Shown here: positions 51,155-62,985 of the stretch, one piece after another
Numbering within the stretch: the first letter of the stretch is position 1
Layout: every line of letters begins with the position of its first letter
Source: Candidatus Poribacteria bacterium
GTDB taxonomy: Bacteria; Poribacteria; WGA-4E; WGA-3G
NCBI GenBank assembly: GCA_963665235.2
Contig: CAXXLX010000001.1
Coordinates: forward strand, 4,224,001-4,288,000
Direction of reading: 5' to 3'
Length of the DNA: 64,000 bases
Position numbers and translations under genes: made by a program
Notes under the pieces: generated by a model
The model's input: the letters and a program-made list of their open reading frames with translations, nothing else
Database searches by the model: none
Told to the model about the DNA's origin: nothing

Positions 51155-51308
51155 AACCTAAGTTGCCACATAGTAGCATAATCTTCCAGATTGTGCATAT
51201 TTGTGTGCAAATTGGAAGTGAACGGGACAAATATTAGCCAATTATCAGCATATTTTCATTAAAGACGGTGTTTCCAGCTCTAAAAACTTATAAGTAGCAA
51301 CTTGGGTT
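51155..51308. mobile_element. 154-bp MITE, copy 2
   Basis: Same termini as the 31644 copy; 5-bp target duplication AGAAT. Confidence 0.88.
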
Positions 51309-51331
51309 AGAATAACAAAGCGAGGCGTGGA

Positions 51332-54300
51332 ATGTCCATCCCCAAACTATCTGTAAACAACACCGTTTTAGCGAACATGTTGATGCTGATAATCATCGTT
51401 TTTGGGGTGTACGCCTATATAAACCTACCCCGGGAGCTCAATCCAGAAGTCACAGTACCGGTTGCCCTCGTAACAACATTGTATCCCGGAGCCTCGCCGG
51501 AAGAGGTTGAAAAACTTGTCACCGTCCCTATTGAAGACGCAATTGAGGAGAACGTCAACAAAATCGACCTACTGAATTCTACCTCGTCAGAGGCACTCTC
51601 TATTGTTGCCGTCCAGTTTGATGAAATGAGTGACCGCGACTTCAGTAAAGAACTCGATAACCTTCGGATTGCCATAGAGCAGGTGAATGAATTACCAGAA
51701 GAGATTTTAGATGACCCTAAGGTCGAAGAATTCGAGCTTTCGTCCGGCTTTCCGGTGCTGACGATTGCTGTCAGCGGAAACATTTCGGAAGCACAGAGGC
51801 AGGATATTGCCGAGAATCTTAGAGACGACATATTAGACATCAAAAACATTGCATCTGTCCAAATTGCAGGACTCCGTGAACGGGAAATATGGATTGAAGT
51901 CCATCCCGACCGGTTGAAGGCATATCAGCTCCCTATCTCGGCAGTTACCACGGCACTCGGTACCAGCAACTTGAACCTCCCAGCTGGCACAATGGAACTT
52001 GGAAACACCGAATTCATGGTCCGAACCATGGGTGAATTCACAACGCCAGACGCGATTGGGGAAACCATCATCGCCGTTCAACCGACAGGGACACCGCTTC
52101 GCCTAAACGATGTCGCAACCGTTTCCGACACTTACGAGGAAACGAGAACCCTCTCTCGGATTGATGGGAAACCTTCTATCAGTTTAAGCCCGCAAAAAAA
52201 GACTGATGGGAACATAATAGCACTCGCTGCTAAACTCCGGGAATTGGTTGAAAGATGGAGAACCGAGCTCCCTGAAGGTGCCGAATTGACAGTCATTAAC
52301 GACTCTTCGGTTGGGCTCAAAGAGAGATTGGGTATTCTCGAAACGAATCTGTTTTTCGGTTTGGTGCTGGTTGTCCTAATGCTTCTCCTCTTTATCGGAT
52401 GGCGAAACGCGTTGTTCGCAGCACTCGGTATACCGGTGGCGTTCATGGCAACATTTTGGGTTATGTCCATTGCAGGTTGGACGCTAAATGGCGTGGCACT
52501 GTTTGGGCTTATTTTAGTTGTTGGCATCGTTGTTGATGACGCTATTGTTGTTGTAGAAAACATTTATCAACACATCGAAGCAGGTGAATCACCAAAAGTT
52601 GCCGCCATTCGCGGAGCAGAAGAGGTTAGCTGGCCAGTCATCGCCGCAAGTTTGACGACAATCTGTGGATTTGGTCCGCTGATCTTTATGTCCGGTGTTT
52701 CAGGACAGTTTATGCGAATCGTGCCAATAATGGTAATTCTCGTCCTGTTGGCCTCTCTCTTTGAGGTCTTTGTAATTTTACCCGCACACGTCGCTGAATG
52801 GGGAAAAGCGGAAAACCGAAAAGCACACACCAACAGATGGTTTGAACGCATCCGAAACCGATACGTGAGAACCCTCAAAGGAACAATCCGATGGCGATAT
52901 GCGTTTGTCGGAGGCACTCTCTTTATTGGCTCGATTGCATGTGTGAGTGCCTTCTTAACTCTCGACAGGGAACTTTTCGTAGGAGAAGAGCTCCCGCAAT
53001 TTTATCTCAAAGCAGAGATGCCAACCTCCTACAGTATCAAACAAACAGCAGAAATAACCGCCCAACTTGAACAGGTTGTCAAAGAACTTCCACCAAGCGA
53101 AGTTGCCGCGCTCGTCACCAACATCGGTTTACATACATTTGCTTCAGGGGTAGTTAGAAGTGTTAGCTTCGGCTCAAATTTGGGTGAGGTACTTGTTGAA
53201 CTTACACCCAAACAGGAACGGACACGAGGGGTGGAGGAAATCATCGCAGCCTTGCGGGCGAAAACAGCGACAATTACCGGTATTAAGCACCTGAGCTTTG
53301 TCAAACAGGAAGATGGACCCCCACAAGGTGCTGACGTGGCAGTCAAGGTAAAAGGACCGAGATTTGAAAAACTGACTGAACTCGCTGGCATGCTTAAGAC
53401 AACACTCACTCAGATGGACGGTGTTTACGACATTCGTGATAATTTTCGAACCGGCAAATCCGAACTCCGCATCTACTTAAAGCCAGAGAAAGCACATCAA
53501 CATGGATTAACGACGTTTCAGATCGCACAAACACTTCGAACGGCTATTGAAGGCACTAAAGCGACCACCTATCGAGAAGCTGATGAAGCAATTGATGTCA
53601 TCGTCAAATATAAGGAGGATACCCTTAAGAATCTCGCGGAACTTGAGAACCTCTTGATTGCGACACCCACCGGCACCACTGTTCCTCTTAAGGATGTCGC
53701 AGATATAAGAGAAGAAAAGGGCTACGCAGATATTCACCACTCCGATGGGAAACGGGCACTCTCAGTTTATGCATCCGTAGATAGGCAAAAAGCGAAACCT
53801 GTTGAAGTCAACCAAATGCTCATGAGGACATTCGCCGATATTGAATCCTTGTATCCGGGGTATCAACTCGACTTTCAGGGTGCTTTCGATGATGTTGCTG
53901 AATCTTTTTCGGAGTTATGGAAATTGTTTACCGTCGGCCTGCTGCTGATCTATATGATATTAGGCGCGCAATTCAAATCGTTTATACAACCTATTATCAT
54001 TATGTTTGCGGTCCCATTCGGGATGATAGGTGCGATGGTCGGCTTGCTTCTTTTGAATGCAACGCTCAGCACAGGCACGATGTTAGGCATCGGCGCGCTC
54101 TCAGGGATTGTGGTGAACGATTCCATTGTCCTTATTGATTTCATCAACAAGTACCGAGATAAGGGTATAACAAATGGTATGCAATTCTGAAAGGCAGTAG
54201 CCTCCGATTGCGTCCAATTGTGCTCACCACGCTGACGACAATCATCGGTTTCATTCCGATGGCACTCGGACTTGGCGGTAAATCGCCAATGTGGATGCCG

Positions 54301-54480
54301 ATAGCGTACACAATTATTTTCGGACTCGCGCTCGCAACCACGTTGACACTGTTCATAATGCCGGCACTTTACGCCATCGTAGCGGACCTGCGCGGTTTCC
54401 TCCTGAAAGATGCCGAGGCACGATTCCGACTCGTTTCAGATGAACAATTGCTGGGCGAAGCAGCCCCAGCTGATGATTAA
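51332..54480 (+). pseudogene. Tandem paralog of the RND permease, frameshifted near 54165
   Basis: AAGGGTATAACAAATGG versus CGCGGTTATAACAAATGG in the paralog (1-bp deletion); the last helices are in ORF 54208-54480. Confidence 0.82.
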
Positions 54481-54545
54481 CGAATCGCGAGCACAGCTCG
54501 CTCCTACAGAAGAGTGGACTGCAAAACTTGATTGAGGCTTTTAAA

Positions 54546-55829
54546 ATGGCTATATTAGAAGGTTTCAGGATAAGAAATTTCGGTGTGCTCAAGGATATCA
54601 CATTGGGCCGCCTGTGGTACCAATGGGATAGAACGGAAGCGGAGGCACTCACGCCAATTACGGCCGTAATTGGCAAAAATGGCGTAGGAAAGAGTGCTTT
54701 ATTTGACAGTTTCGGTTTCCTATCAGATGCCCTAAAATCCGATGTTGAGACTGCCTGCGATGCACGCGGACGCGGCGGCTTTGACAAAATTCGATCGCAA
54801 GGCGTTACAGCACCCATGGCATTTGATGTGTACTACAGAGAACACGGAAATGCCAGACCTATTACATACCAACTTGTCATTGATAAAGATGAATTTGGAC
54901 GACCCTATGTCCTCCATGAACGTTTCCGCCAAAGACGAAAAGGACAGAAACGGGGACAACCATTCTCCTTTCTGATACTCCGTAACGGGAAGGGTATAGC
55001 TTGGAAAGGGGAACAAGCAGGACATCAGTTCGATGAAGAGCCCGAAGACTCACATACGTTCATAGAAATTATAAAAGCAATGGAATCTCCGGAAACAGAG
55101 AATGTTGAATTGGATGACCCCCGAAAACTCGGCATTGCCACACTCGGTGCCTTGAAGCAGCATCCCAGGATTTCCGCCTTCCGCAGGTTCATTGAGGGAT
55201 GGTATCTCAGCTACTTCACCCCAGACGCAGCACGCAGTCTGCCGCTTGCCGGGCCCCAGGAACATCTCAATATTCATGCGGATAACCTCGGCAACGTCGT
55301 GCAATTCATGGAACGTGAACACCCCCGCCGTTTCCAAACAATTCTCGCGAAGATTGCTGATAAAATTCCGGGAATAGACCGAATCGATACCGAGAAAACC
55401 AGTGACGGTAGACTGCTAATCAGATTTAACGACAAAGCTTTTCAAGACCCCTTTTACGCCCAGCAGATGTCCGATGGAACGCTCAAACTGTTTGCTTACC
55501 TACTGCTGCTCGAAGATCCGGCTCCCCCCCCGTTCCTCTGTATTGAAGAACCGGAAAATGGGCTGTATCATAAACTTTTGGAGACCCTTGCCACCGAATT
55601 TCGTGCCCATGCCACAGGACGTAAGGGAGGGACACAAGTTTTCATTACAACACACCAACCCTACTTTGTCAACGCGCTAGGACCGAAAGAGGTCTGGCTT
55701 CTGGAAAAGGGCGAAGACGGTTTCTCCAAAATCCGCCGGGCGAGCGACGACTCACTCGTCAATAACCTTGTTGAAGAGGGACTGCCCCTGGGCGGACTCT
55801 GGTACAGCGACTATCTTGATCTGAGGTGA
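54546..55829 (+). CDS. AAA_21 ABC-type ATPase
   Basis: GKNGVGKS, MSDGTLK, IEEPENG, TTHQP. Confidence 0.9.
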   Translation: MAILEGFRIRNFGVLKDITLGRLWYQWDRTEAEALTPITAVIGKNGVGKSALFDSFGFLSDALKSDVETACDARGRGGFDKIRSQGVTAPMAFDVYYREHGNARPITYQLVIDKDEFGRPYVLHERFRQRRKGQKRGQPFSFLILRNGKGIAWKGEQAGHQFDEEPEDSHTFIEIIKAMESPETENVELDDPRKLGIATLGALKQHPRISAFRRFIEGWYLSYFTPDAARSLPLAGPQEHLNIHADNLGNVVQFMEREHPRRFQTILAKIADKIPGIDRIDTEKTSDGRLLIRFNDKAFQDPFYAQQMSDGTLKLFAYLLLLEDPAPPPFLCIEEPENGLYHKLLETLATEFRAHATGRKGGTQVFITTHQPYFVNALGPKEVWLLEKGEDGFSKIRRASDDSLVNNLVEEGLPLGGLWYSDYLDLR

Positions 55830-55943
55830 ACATAAATAACGTGAGCTTGAAAAAAAGTTTTGATCTCCTAGCCCCGTAGGGGCGATATGTTTATAGAAGC
55901 ACACAACCCCATAACTCTTAGCACTGAAAGGAGAAAAAATAGA

Positions 55944-56918
55944 ATGAATCAACAGAATTTGAAAATCGCCTTTATCGGTGTTGGCGGAATTGCAGGAAAT
56001 TACCGCCGAAGCCTAAAACAGCTACAACACCCCATCGCAGCGGTATGTGATATAAACGCAGACCGCGCAGCATCCATCGCCGCCGACGAAAATGCTACTG
56101 CATACACAGACCATCAGGAAATGCTGCACACAGAAAATCCCGATGTCGTCTTTACCTGCATTCCACCGGGAGCACACACAACACAGGTTGCTGACGCTGC
56201 AAAGTCCGGTGCTGCAGTTTTCGTCGCCAAACCTGTCGCACAAGATTTGGAGACCGCCATAAATGCGCGCGACGCAATTACGCAAGCAGGGGTCATCAAT
56301 CAGGTCGGTTATATGGCACGGTATAGCGACATCACAGACAGAGCGAAGGAATTGGTCGGCACTCGGCAGCTTGCCATGGGGTTCGGACGATTTCTCGCCC
56401 GGATGGGAGCAAACCACCCGTGGTGGGGAAAATACGACATATCGCGCGGACAAATGGTAGAACAAACCACCCACGTCTTTGACCTTATCCGCTACTTCCT
56501 TGGAGATGTTGAAAGTGTTCACGCCTACGGTATCAAGGGAGTCTCCAAAGACATCGCCGATTTTGAGGAGTGTACCGTCTGCAACCTAAAGTTCGAGAAC
56601 GGCGCAGTCGGCAACATTACAAGCACTTGTGTGGCTCGCGCACACGAACATTTCGCCACCGAATTGGTAGGCGATGACATCTATCTCAAACTTACGCACG
56701 ACAATGGGTTGCGCGGGCAGGTCGGTGGTGAGGCTATCGACTATACCGGTGCCGAAGCAGGTTATTTTCGACAGGTAGAGCAGTTCATCAAAGCGGTTGA
56801 GGCAAACGACCAGGGGATAGTGCGTTCCGCTTACGCGGATGCTGTCAAAACGCTTGCTGTCACCCTCGCTGCGAATCGTTCTTTGGAAACAGGACAAGTT
56901 GAACCGGTTGAAGGATAA
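55944..56918 (+). CDS. Gfo/Idh/MocA oxidoreductase
   Basis: FIGVGGIA, AKP (variant of EKP), EQTTHVFD. Confidence 0.88.
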   Translation: MNQQNLKIAFIGVGGIAGNYRRSLKQLQHPIAAVCDINADRAASIAADENATAYTDHQEMLHTENPDVVFTCIPPGAHTTQVADAAKSGAAVFVAKPVAQDLETAINARDAITQAGVINQVGYMARYSDITDRAKELVGTRQLAMGFGRFLARMGANHPWWGKYDISRGQMVEQTTHVFDLIRYFLGDVESVHAYGIKGVSKDIADFEECTVCNLKFENGAVGNITSTCVARAHEHFATELVGDDIYLKLTHDNGLRGQVGGEAIDYTGAEAGYFRQVEQFIKAVEANDQGIVRSAYADAVKTLAVTLAANRSLETGQVEPVEG

Positions 56919-57027
56919 ACATAACGCCCCTACGGGGCTAAGAGCGGGGTGTTGTGTGTTTCTATAAACATAACGCCCCTACGGGGCTAAGAGATTGAAC
57001 TTTTTTCAAACTCACGTTACAATACGG

Positions 57028-58417
57028 TTAGAAAAACGTCAAATACGGTTTTCCGACAATCTCTCGCCACAACAACACAGCCAACTCGCGGGCATGATAA
57101 TCACCCCACATAGATGCCTCGCCGCACGGAATTTTTCTGTCCGGGGGCACATAATCCCACCCATTCGGGCGGTGATATACTGAATGTAACAGCAACCCCT
57201 GATGTCCATCGGAGTCGGATGATAGATACGGTTCAGCGAAGAGCGTCCTCGCGACTGTCAATCCCGCTTGATATTTCCTGCCGCCGTTTCGCCATGCTGA
57301 AAATAGGTATTTCCTGCCGCCGTTTGAGATAGTTGCCGAGCCGGATTAACCCTTGTGCTGCAATCGCTGCAGCGGAACTATCCACCGGTTCAAAGTCGTT
57401 GAACGGCGCGGCGGGCACTGCCAGATAATCGCCTAATTCTGTCAAGCCGGGGGCACCCGTATCCCAATACGGAATTCCATCCTGTGCACTGTTTTCAATA
57501 TAGAAATCGGCAGTTGCCTCCGCTGCTTTGCGCATGTGTGCCGTCACTGCGGCATGTCCACCGTAGGGTTCAAGTTCATCCTCCGTTAGACTGTCAAAAA
57601 ACTCAAGTTGTTCAGCATACCCCGTTATAACCCATGCCAGTCCACGCGTCCACGTTGTAAACGGTGAATATCCCTGCTGTGTGCTAGGACATCGGTAGTT
57701 CCCATCATTTGTATTGAAAATGGACTCATGCACAACCCGCCCACGGACATCGAAAGCGTCACGTCCTTCGCCATAGTAGACGTTATACGTGGCTGTAGTC
57801 TCAGAATGTTGAAGCAGCCGCTCCAATAGATTCGTAGCAACATCCCCCTCCCCCATCAGCACTGCGCCGAGCGTATGTCCGAGTGCAAGCACACGCAATG
57901 AACGGATAGTGTCAGAAAAGAGCGAATGGGGGCCGTTAAACGAGGCGATATATCCTGTGCCATCCTTAATCGTTGTCCAGCGGCTCGCTTGCACAGCGGC
58001 GGAGGCTTTCAGCGCAAGCTCATAGAAGTGCATTTCGCTATCGTTCCACGGAATCACCCCCTCCCGCATCAGCCGACGCAGGTTACCGTAAGTGGAAACG
58101 TTGTTGAATCCATGGTCATGCACACCGATGTGTGTAACATGCGGTGCCATCTTTTCAATCGTATTCTTTCTGCCGATGTCAAGGAATTGTTCATCACCGG
58201 TAGCATCAAATTGAAGGATAGCAGAACCGAATTGAAACCCTTGTGTCCATTCTGTCCAGCCGCGGGTCGTATAGGTCCCAGCGACGGTGAAGACAGGGGT
58301 ACCCTTTTCAGGGGGCCACGTATCCTCAATCGCCAAAATCTTCTGACCTGAGTATTCAAAAAGTTTTTCGAGCTGCGGTTTCAGGTCAGCGGTACGCAAT
58401 GAATTGTTTATCTGCAT
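57028..58417 (-). pseudogene. GH88 unsaturated glucuronyl hydrolase-like gene with a late frameshift
   Basis: WTEWTQGF, HDHGF, WTRGLAW, DSSAAAIAA; the C-terminus (WGDYH) is in ORF 57028-57261; a 17-bp direct repeat lies at the break. Confidence 0.75.
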
Positions 58418-58461
58418 TTGACTGTGTTGCCTTTTAGGTTACGGCATACCGAGAATGCCTA

Positions 58462-58965
58462 CTACTTTGCAAGAGAGGGAGCATCTTTATACCTTTCACA
58501 TATTACTTGGATGAGGTTGGTTGTGGACTTGCCGGGGATGTTTAAACCTACGATAACCTTGCCGCCGTGTGCCTCAACCACCTCCCGCTCGACCAGTTGT
58601 GCTAATTTATAATCGCCGCCTTTAACGTGAATATTCGGCTTCAGTTCAGAGAGCAATTCAACAGGCGTTAATTCGGGAAAAATCACGACATAATCAACAC
58701 ATTCCAATCCAGCGAGCATCTCTGCCCGTTCCGCTTCAGGAACAAGCGGACGATTTTCACCTTTGAGCTGCCGTACTGAACTATCACTGTTGACCCCCAC
58801 CACAAGTAGCGTGCCAAGTTGCCGCGCCGCCTGTAGATATCGGAGATGTCCCAAGTGCAACACATCGAAACAACCGTTCGTCGTCACAACAACAGCCCCA
58901 TCTGCTTTCGCTTGCTGAAGGACAGATGCAAGTTCCTCGCGATGATAGATTTTTGAGTTTAACAT
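58462..58965 (-). CDS. rfaE2: Heptose 1-phosphate adenylyltransferase (RfaE domain II / HldC-like)
   Basis: TNGCFDVLHLGH, VNSDSSV..LKG..RP, VKGGDY. Confidence 0.88.
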   Translation of the reverse strand: MLNSKIYHREELASVLQQAKADGAVVVTTNGCFDVLHLGHLRYLQAARQLGTLLVVGVNSDSSVRQLKGENRPLVPEAERAEMLAGLECVDYVVIFPELTPVELLSELKPNIHVKGGDYKLAQLVEREVVEAHGGKVIVGLNIPGKSTTNLIQVICERYKDAPSLAK

Positions 58966-59467
58966 TTTTCTATTCCAAAAGCCGAAGTGCTTCTCAGCGT
59001 CAGTTTTCACTTCCTTAGGATAGGATATAGCGCGTGCCTCCTGCCATCATATTAGCTTCGTAGGGGCGGGGTCCCCCCGCCCGCTAGGTTTCCTTAGAGG
59101 GCCCATTATCATAAGACTTATCAACGCGCTGCGTAAGTCCTACAATTTTGAGGTGCGTAAGTTCTAAGCGTTAATAGTTTAGCAGGTTTCAGACAGTTTG
59201 GCAATGAAGACCAGGGTCATAATAAAAAAAAAATCGTAAAAAAACTTGGTATTTGTGCAAATCTATGATATACTTAATAACAGTATTTGGGAAACCTAAC
59301 AGTCTATTCCTTTACTTGAATCGAAAAACGGCATGGTATATACTAACGCGTATTAGAGCAGAAACGTCTAAGAAAGGGGGAGTGTTGCTAATAGGTATCA
59401 TAGAAGCGGACGAAACCTATATCATTATTCTGTTCCTCTTTAGATACTTAAAAACCGCACTTCGTGT

Positions 59468-60306
59468 ATGATTGTAAATGTTATACGGAACGAAAATTGC
59501 ATCGATACAGTGGGCAAATGAGTGACGAATTTGTTACCCTTGTTGTGACCTCACCCCCCTATGATGAAATGCGAGAATATGAAGGCTATATGCTTCACGA
59601 TTTTGAATCAATCGCAGCTCAATTATTCCGCGTTATAAAGTCCGGAGGAGTGGTCGTTTGGATTGTCGGCGATCAAACAAAAAATGGGAACGAGTCAGGA
59701 ACGTCATTCCGACAAGCACTACATTTCAAAGAAATTGGTTTCAACCTATTTGATACCATGATCTACCTGAAACCCCCCAGAGGTGCTGTTGGCAATAACA
59801 AAACTTATTGGCAATCGTTTGAGTATATGTTCGTTCTCAGTAAAGACAAACCGAAAACGATTAATCTTATTAAGGATAGGAAGAATAAGCAAGCGCGAGA
59901 AGGAGACAGCGGAACAAAACGACTCCCTAATGGCAGTTTACTAAAGATGAAACGTAGCGGTTATGAGGAATACGGCAGAAGAACAAATGTTTGGGAGTAT
60001 ATGATTGGGAGTGGACATTCTGCAAGTGATAAGATAGCATACCAGCATCCTGCTATCTTTCCTGAAAAATTAGCACGTGACCATATCCTTTCATGGAGTA
60101 ATAAGGGGGATTTGGTATACGATCCATTTATGGGAAGCGGGACTGTTGCACTCATGGCAAAATTAAGCGACAGGGATTATATCGGTAGCGAAATAAATGA
60201 GAACTACTGTGAAATTGCTAAAGCCAGACTCAATAAATACAACTGTACTGCTATCGGAAATTCGGGCCACCCTCTAAACCAAGATTGTGATATAATAACA
60301 ATCTAA
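59468..60306 (+). pseudogene. Beta-class N4-cytosine-type DNA methyltransferase, probably frameshifted at the 5' end and clipped by IS3 at the 3' end
   Basis: TSPPY, HPAIFP, DPFMGSGT; ATG 59468 reads MIVNVIRNENCIDT then stops, one base out of frame with the main ORF. Confidence 0.7.
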
Positions 60307-60650
60307 GTGAAAGGAGTATCCAATGGCGAAACGAAAACCAAGAAACTTCACCCCCGAGTTTAAAGCGGAGGTCGTTCTTGAGGCACTCCGCGGTGAAAGT
60401 TCACAAGCCGAACTGTGTCAGCGACATAACCTCAGTGAAGAGCAGCTCTCAAAATGGAAACAGCAGCTCCTTGAAAATGCCGCTGCTGTGTTTGCCTCCC
60501 CGGATAAGCAATCCAGTGAGGCAGCGGAGCGTATCGCGCACCTCGAGGAGCGCGTTGAGCGGTTGACCGTGGCAGTAGACATCCACAAAAAAGCCTTGAC
60601 CTTGTTGAATTGACCCTATCTGAACAGTGCCAGATGGTTAAGGCGTTTGC
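60244..60650 (+). mobile_element. Truncated IS3-family element: left end and orfA (60323-60613), orfB deleted
   Basis: TG-starting end at 60244; RNFTPEFKAEVV..LSKWKQQ HTH_Tnp_1 motif. Confidence 0.75.
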
Positions 60651-61809
60651 TTGGAATTTTTGATCTATCGAAACTTTTGATGTGCTCCCATGCTTTCCGG
60701 TTTGAATCGAAACGATAGCCGTCACCGTTCAGTTTTCAACGATTTACAAAACTTGTCTTAACTGTTGCTAAAATTTTTGCTCTCGTCTGAATAACCGTTA
60801 CTGCAGTACCGACAGCACATTTTGGAAAATGTAAAGATGAAAATGATATAGCAACTGTTTATCAAAATAGTTGACGGTATTATCAAATCAAAGCTACATG
60901 CCTTGTTGAATTGTCAAATATCGATAAATATGACATTGAGAGCAATGTGCCGTACTCACAGATAATTGATACGCCAGTTATGGATAGAGTTCGAAGCAGT
61001 GATAATGAAGATGCATTACAATAACCCACTTCTGTATACAAATAGACCTGATCGTCAGTTTCGTAAGCATTGTTAAATGGATTGACGCTGAAGTTCGTCC
61101 CACATCAAAAACTTTCAAATGTAAGTTTACGAGATGTTACAACCTAAAAAGCCATTAAATCTTTGAACTGATTGGCTGGCGACGTCGGACTACGAATGAA
61201 AGCGCAACCCCCGCGGAAAATCGAATCACCTTGAATCCGGGCATAACTGCGTTTCGGTAAAAATCGTACTGTTAATGGCCCCTTTACCGTTGGTGCGCTC
61301 ACCCTCACTGTCACGTGGGAGATGGTGGTGCTGCACAACGCTCACTTACTGTCAGCAGATGAAACTGAAAAGTTTTGCAGGGTAAAGGGATAAAGCTGTT
61401 CAATTAGGCTCGGAAGCCGAAACGGCGATGACCTGGGTTGGGAGGTTACTTACGACGGTACGAAGCTCTCAAAGTCAAGAGCTCAATGAAAAAACTTATA
61501 AACTTAGAGTACTGGCAACGAAGCCGACAGTGTCGTGTTTACTACGAAGGCCCTTCCTTAATCACAGATGATAAAGCCGGTAAATGTTACAACAACCCTT
61601 CTCGTGCTAATTGCCAACAACCAATCAATTTGATTGTTACACATCCCAAAATCCGCGATCCGCGATAATCCGCGATTCAGACAATCCCTGTGGTACACAC
61701 CCTTCGAGCTATTTCACTTGAATGAAAACATCTGTTTCGGACGCTATTTAGCGTTTATAACGCATTGACAAACCCAGCATATTAAGTACAGAACGTAGGA
61801 GGTGAGCTA

Positions 61810-62985
61810 TGTTTAAAGGAAAGGGAGTTCGTATCAAAAACTTTTTAAGTTTACGAGATGTTACGCTTCCATTAAAACCGTTGACGGGCTTGTGGGCGCG
61901 AATGCAAGTGGAAAACAAACATCTTATTGCGTTTTCTCAAAGGATGATGGTTGATGATTAGATGGTATTTGAAGCATTGAGCGAAGATTTCAGTTTTGCG
62001 GGTAAAGGACAAGAAATTACTTTCCAATTACAGACGAAAGTAGCAGAACACCAAACCTTATACAACTTAGTAGTAAAGAACCCCCTATTGGTCTCGCCTT
62101 GAAGAAAATTTATCGGTTAATAATGTAGACGTGATTTCAATCCGAGACGGAAAGGGAGTCGTTAGGGATGAAAACGGTGAGGGTAGAACACATATAACTC
62201 TAATGAACTTGCTTTGGGCTCGGCAGAAAATTACGAAAATAAACCGATTACACGCACTTAGCTGAGTTTATTAAGGAATGGGAACTTTATCGTTTTTCGA
62301 CTGACGTAATACGACTTATTCTTTCAGATTTCTCTCCCCCTGAAAAAGAGATGCAAGAGTCCCCAAGGCTTGAAAGGGATGGTGTGGAGGTACCAGAGGT
62401 CCTTTGGTACTGGCATAAATATTTTCCAGAGCGTTTCCGAAACGTCAGTGATTCGCTTGCATCAAGCACGAATATTGAAATAGACCTACGTCCGATTGAT
62501 GGACAAGAACAACTTTGTCTATGGAAGGGTACGAGAAACCTATTCAATTAAGGAGAGCATCTGATGGCACACTGCGGCTGATTGCATATTACATCCTGCT
62601 CAACATGCCCGAATTGCCGCCGCTCATTGCGATTGAAGAACCGGAGCGGAATTTACACCCTGGTGCCCTAACAGACATCGCAAATGTGCTTGAGCGAATC
62701 GCACAATATTCTCAGGTCATTATTACCACACACAGTTCAGAACTGCTTGGTGCCTTTAATCGTGAAAGTTTGGGAGATTCACTCGGGGTTTTACTCTTAA
62801 ACAACCGTCCCGGTTTCGGCACAGAGGTGCTCAACCTTGAGGATTACCGCGGTCAAAGGAAGGCACTTGATGGGTGGATTGCAGATTTCGGAATTGGTAG
62901 TGCTGTCTTTGATAGTGGACTGTTGCAAGATGTTCTGGAGGATAAATCCAGGAAAGATACTGTGAAACGTTATCTCCCGAAGTAG
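61810..62985 (+). pseudogene. Multiply frameshifted AAA_21 ATPase
   Basis: IKNFLSLRDV, GANASGK, then ASDGTLR, IEEPERNLHP and TTHS in different frames. Confidence 0.78.
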
